Assembly (NCBI GenBank): GCA_963751275.1
Contig: CAVVTZ010000011.1
Location: forward strand, 32,001 to 96,000
Source: an uncultured Gemmatimonadaceae bacterium
Lineage (GTDB): Bacteria; Gemmatimonadota; Gemmatimonadetes; Gemmatimonadales; Gemmatimonadaceae
Reading direction: 5' to 3'
Length of the DNA stretch: 64,000 nucleotides
In this document: one piece after another, positions 62,215 to 64,000 of the stretch
Layout: each line of letters opens with the position of its first letter
Position numbering within the stretch: position 1 is the stretch's first letter
The notes under the pieces: model-generated
Database searches by the model: none
Told to the model about the DNA's origin: nothing
Seen by the model: only the letters and a program-made list of their open reading frames with translations
Position numbers and translations under genes: made by a program

Positions 62215-64000
62215 ATGCAGCGCATTGAAACGGAATTCGCCGGACGGCAAGCTCATCATCGAGACCGGCCGAATGGCCAAGCAGGCCGCCGGCTCCGCCT
62301 CGTCCAATTCGGCGAAACCATGGTGCTCGCCGCCGTCACGGTCAGCGACAACGCTCAGTCATCTTCCGTTCTTCCCCTTGACGGTCGAGTACAAGGAAAA
62401 GACCTACGCCGCGGGCAAGATCCCCGGCGGCTTCATCAAGCGCGAAGGGCGTCCGCACGACGACGAGATCCTCTCCGCGCGCATCATCGACCGCTCGATC
62501 CGTCCGCTCTTCCCGGAAGGCTTCAAGAACGAAGTCCAGGTCTTCGTCTACGTCGTCTCCGCCGACCAGCAGAACGACGCCGACGTGCCGTCGCTCCTCG
62601 CGACGTCGTTCGCGCTGAACGCCTCCAAGATCCCCTTCAGCCAGCCCCATCGCCGGCGTCCGCGTCGGCCGCGTGCGGAAGGGAAGTGGGCCATTCAACC
62701 CGACGTTCCAGCAGCTCGAGTACACCGACATGGATCTCATCATCACCGGGTCGCAAGGACTCGATCGTGATGGTCGAGGGCGGCGCGCTCGAAGTGACGG
62801 AAGAGGACGTCGTCGACGGCATCACGCTCGCGCACAAGTCGATCCAGGAACTGATCGCGCATGCAGGAATGAGCTCCTCGAATCAGCACCGCGCCCCCAA
62901 GATGGACTGGATGAAGGCCGCGCCCTCCGCAGAGCTCGTGGCCAGGTCGCGCTCCTCGTCCAAGGAGCACGATTCGCACCGCGATCAACCAGAAGGACAA
63001 GCACGCGCGCATTCGAGGCGGTCGAGGCCGTGAAGAAGGAAGTGATCACGGCCGCTCACGATCGAGTTCCCGCGAGAGCACCAAGGACATCGGCAATCTC
63101 GTCGGCGACATCGAGTACAACGACTGCGCGCCCAGGTGCTCGACACCGGACGAGCGCGTCGACGGCCGCAAGCCGAACGAGGTGCGGCCGATCACGATCG
63201 AGACCGGCATCCTGCCGCGCGCCCACGGCTCCGCGCTCTTCACGCGCGGCCAGACGCAGGCGCTCGTCGCCGTCACGCTCGGCACCGCCAACGACGTGCA
63301 GCGCATCGACTCGATCGATGAGACCGGCGAGACCACGAAGTCGTTCATGCTCCACTACAACTTCCCGCCGTTCTCCACCGGCGAAGTGCGTCCGATGCGC
63401 GGCACCAGCCGCCGCGAGATCGGCCACGGCAATCTGGCCGAGCGCGCGATCCAGGCGCTGCTGCCGCACGATCGAGGAGTTCCCGTACACGATTCGCATC
63501 GTGACCGACATGCTCGAGTCGAACGGCTCGTCGCTCGATGGCGTCGGTCTGCGGCGGCTCGCTCGCGCTGTTCGATGCCGGCGTGCCGATCCGGGCGCGG
63601 TCGCCGGCGTCGCGATGGGACTCATCAAGGAAGGCAAGCAAGTACGCGATCCTCACCGACATCCTCGGCACCGAGGACCACCTCGGCGACATGGACTTCA
63701 AGGTCGCCGGCACGGAGCCGGGGATCACGTCGATCCAGATGGACATCAAGATCGAGGGCCTCGATCTCCAGATCATGACGCGAGGCGCTCGCGCAGGCGA
63801 AGGAAGGCCGCCTGCACATCCTGGGCGAGATGGACGAAGGCGCTGCCGGCAGCCGCGCGCGGAGCTGTCGCCGTGCGCGCCGCGCATCGTGACGGTGAAG
63901 ATCAACCCCGAGAAGATCGGCGACCTGATCGGACCGAAGGGCAAGACGATCCGCGGGATCCAGGACGAGACGGGCGCGGAGCTCACGGTCGACGACACCG
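62215..64000 (+). CDS. pnp: Polynucleotide phosphorylase (runs off the window; many frameshifts)
   Basis: [70 protein letters not shown]. Confidence 0.95.

Overview
High-GC bacterial chromosomal window, most likely Gemmatimonadota (inferred from gene order and protein style, not verified). It is dominated by housekeeping operons: rex/arcA; infC-rpmI-rplT-pheST-zapA; rny-folD-xseAB-ispA-dxs-nadK-recN; a lysine/DAP plus tyrA-aroA-cmk cluster; rpsA; an acyl-CoA carboxylase cluster; rplM-rpsI-rpsB-tsf-pyrH-frr-uppS-cdsA-dxr-rseP; and rpsO-pnp. Many genes, including essential ones, carry single-base frameshifts that look like long-read assembly errors. Main observations: (1) a selenoprotein missed by the ORF track, an AhpC/TSA-like protein with W-U-P-N-C and a SECIS-like hairpin, overlapping pccB and accC; (2) large intergenic palindromes with different sequences but a shared 7-nt periodicity, two of them homologous and each following an accessory-looking gene; (3) an integrase-less ~0.87 kb mini-island at tRNA-Leu(TAA) bounded by a 49-bp direct repeat; (4) a perfect Rex operator, L20-type and S2 (t44)-type ribosomal leaders, an ATT start for infC, and several probable leaderless genes. 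No CRISPR array, transposase or integrase was seen.
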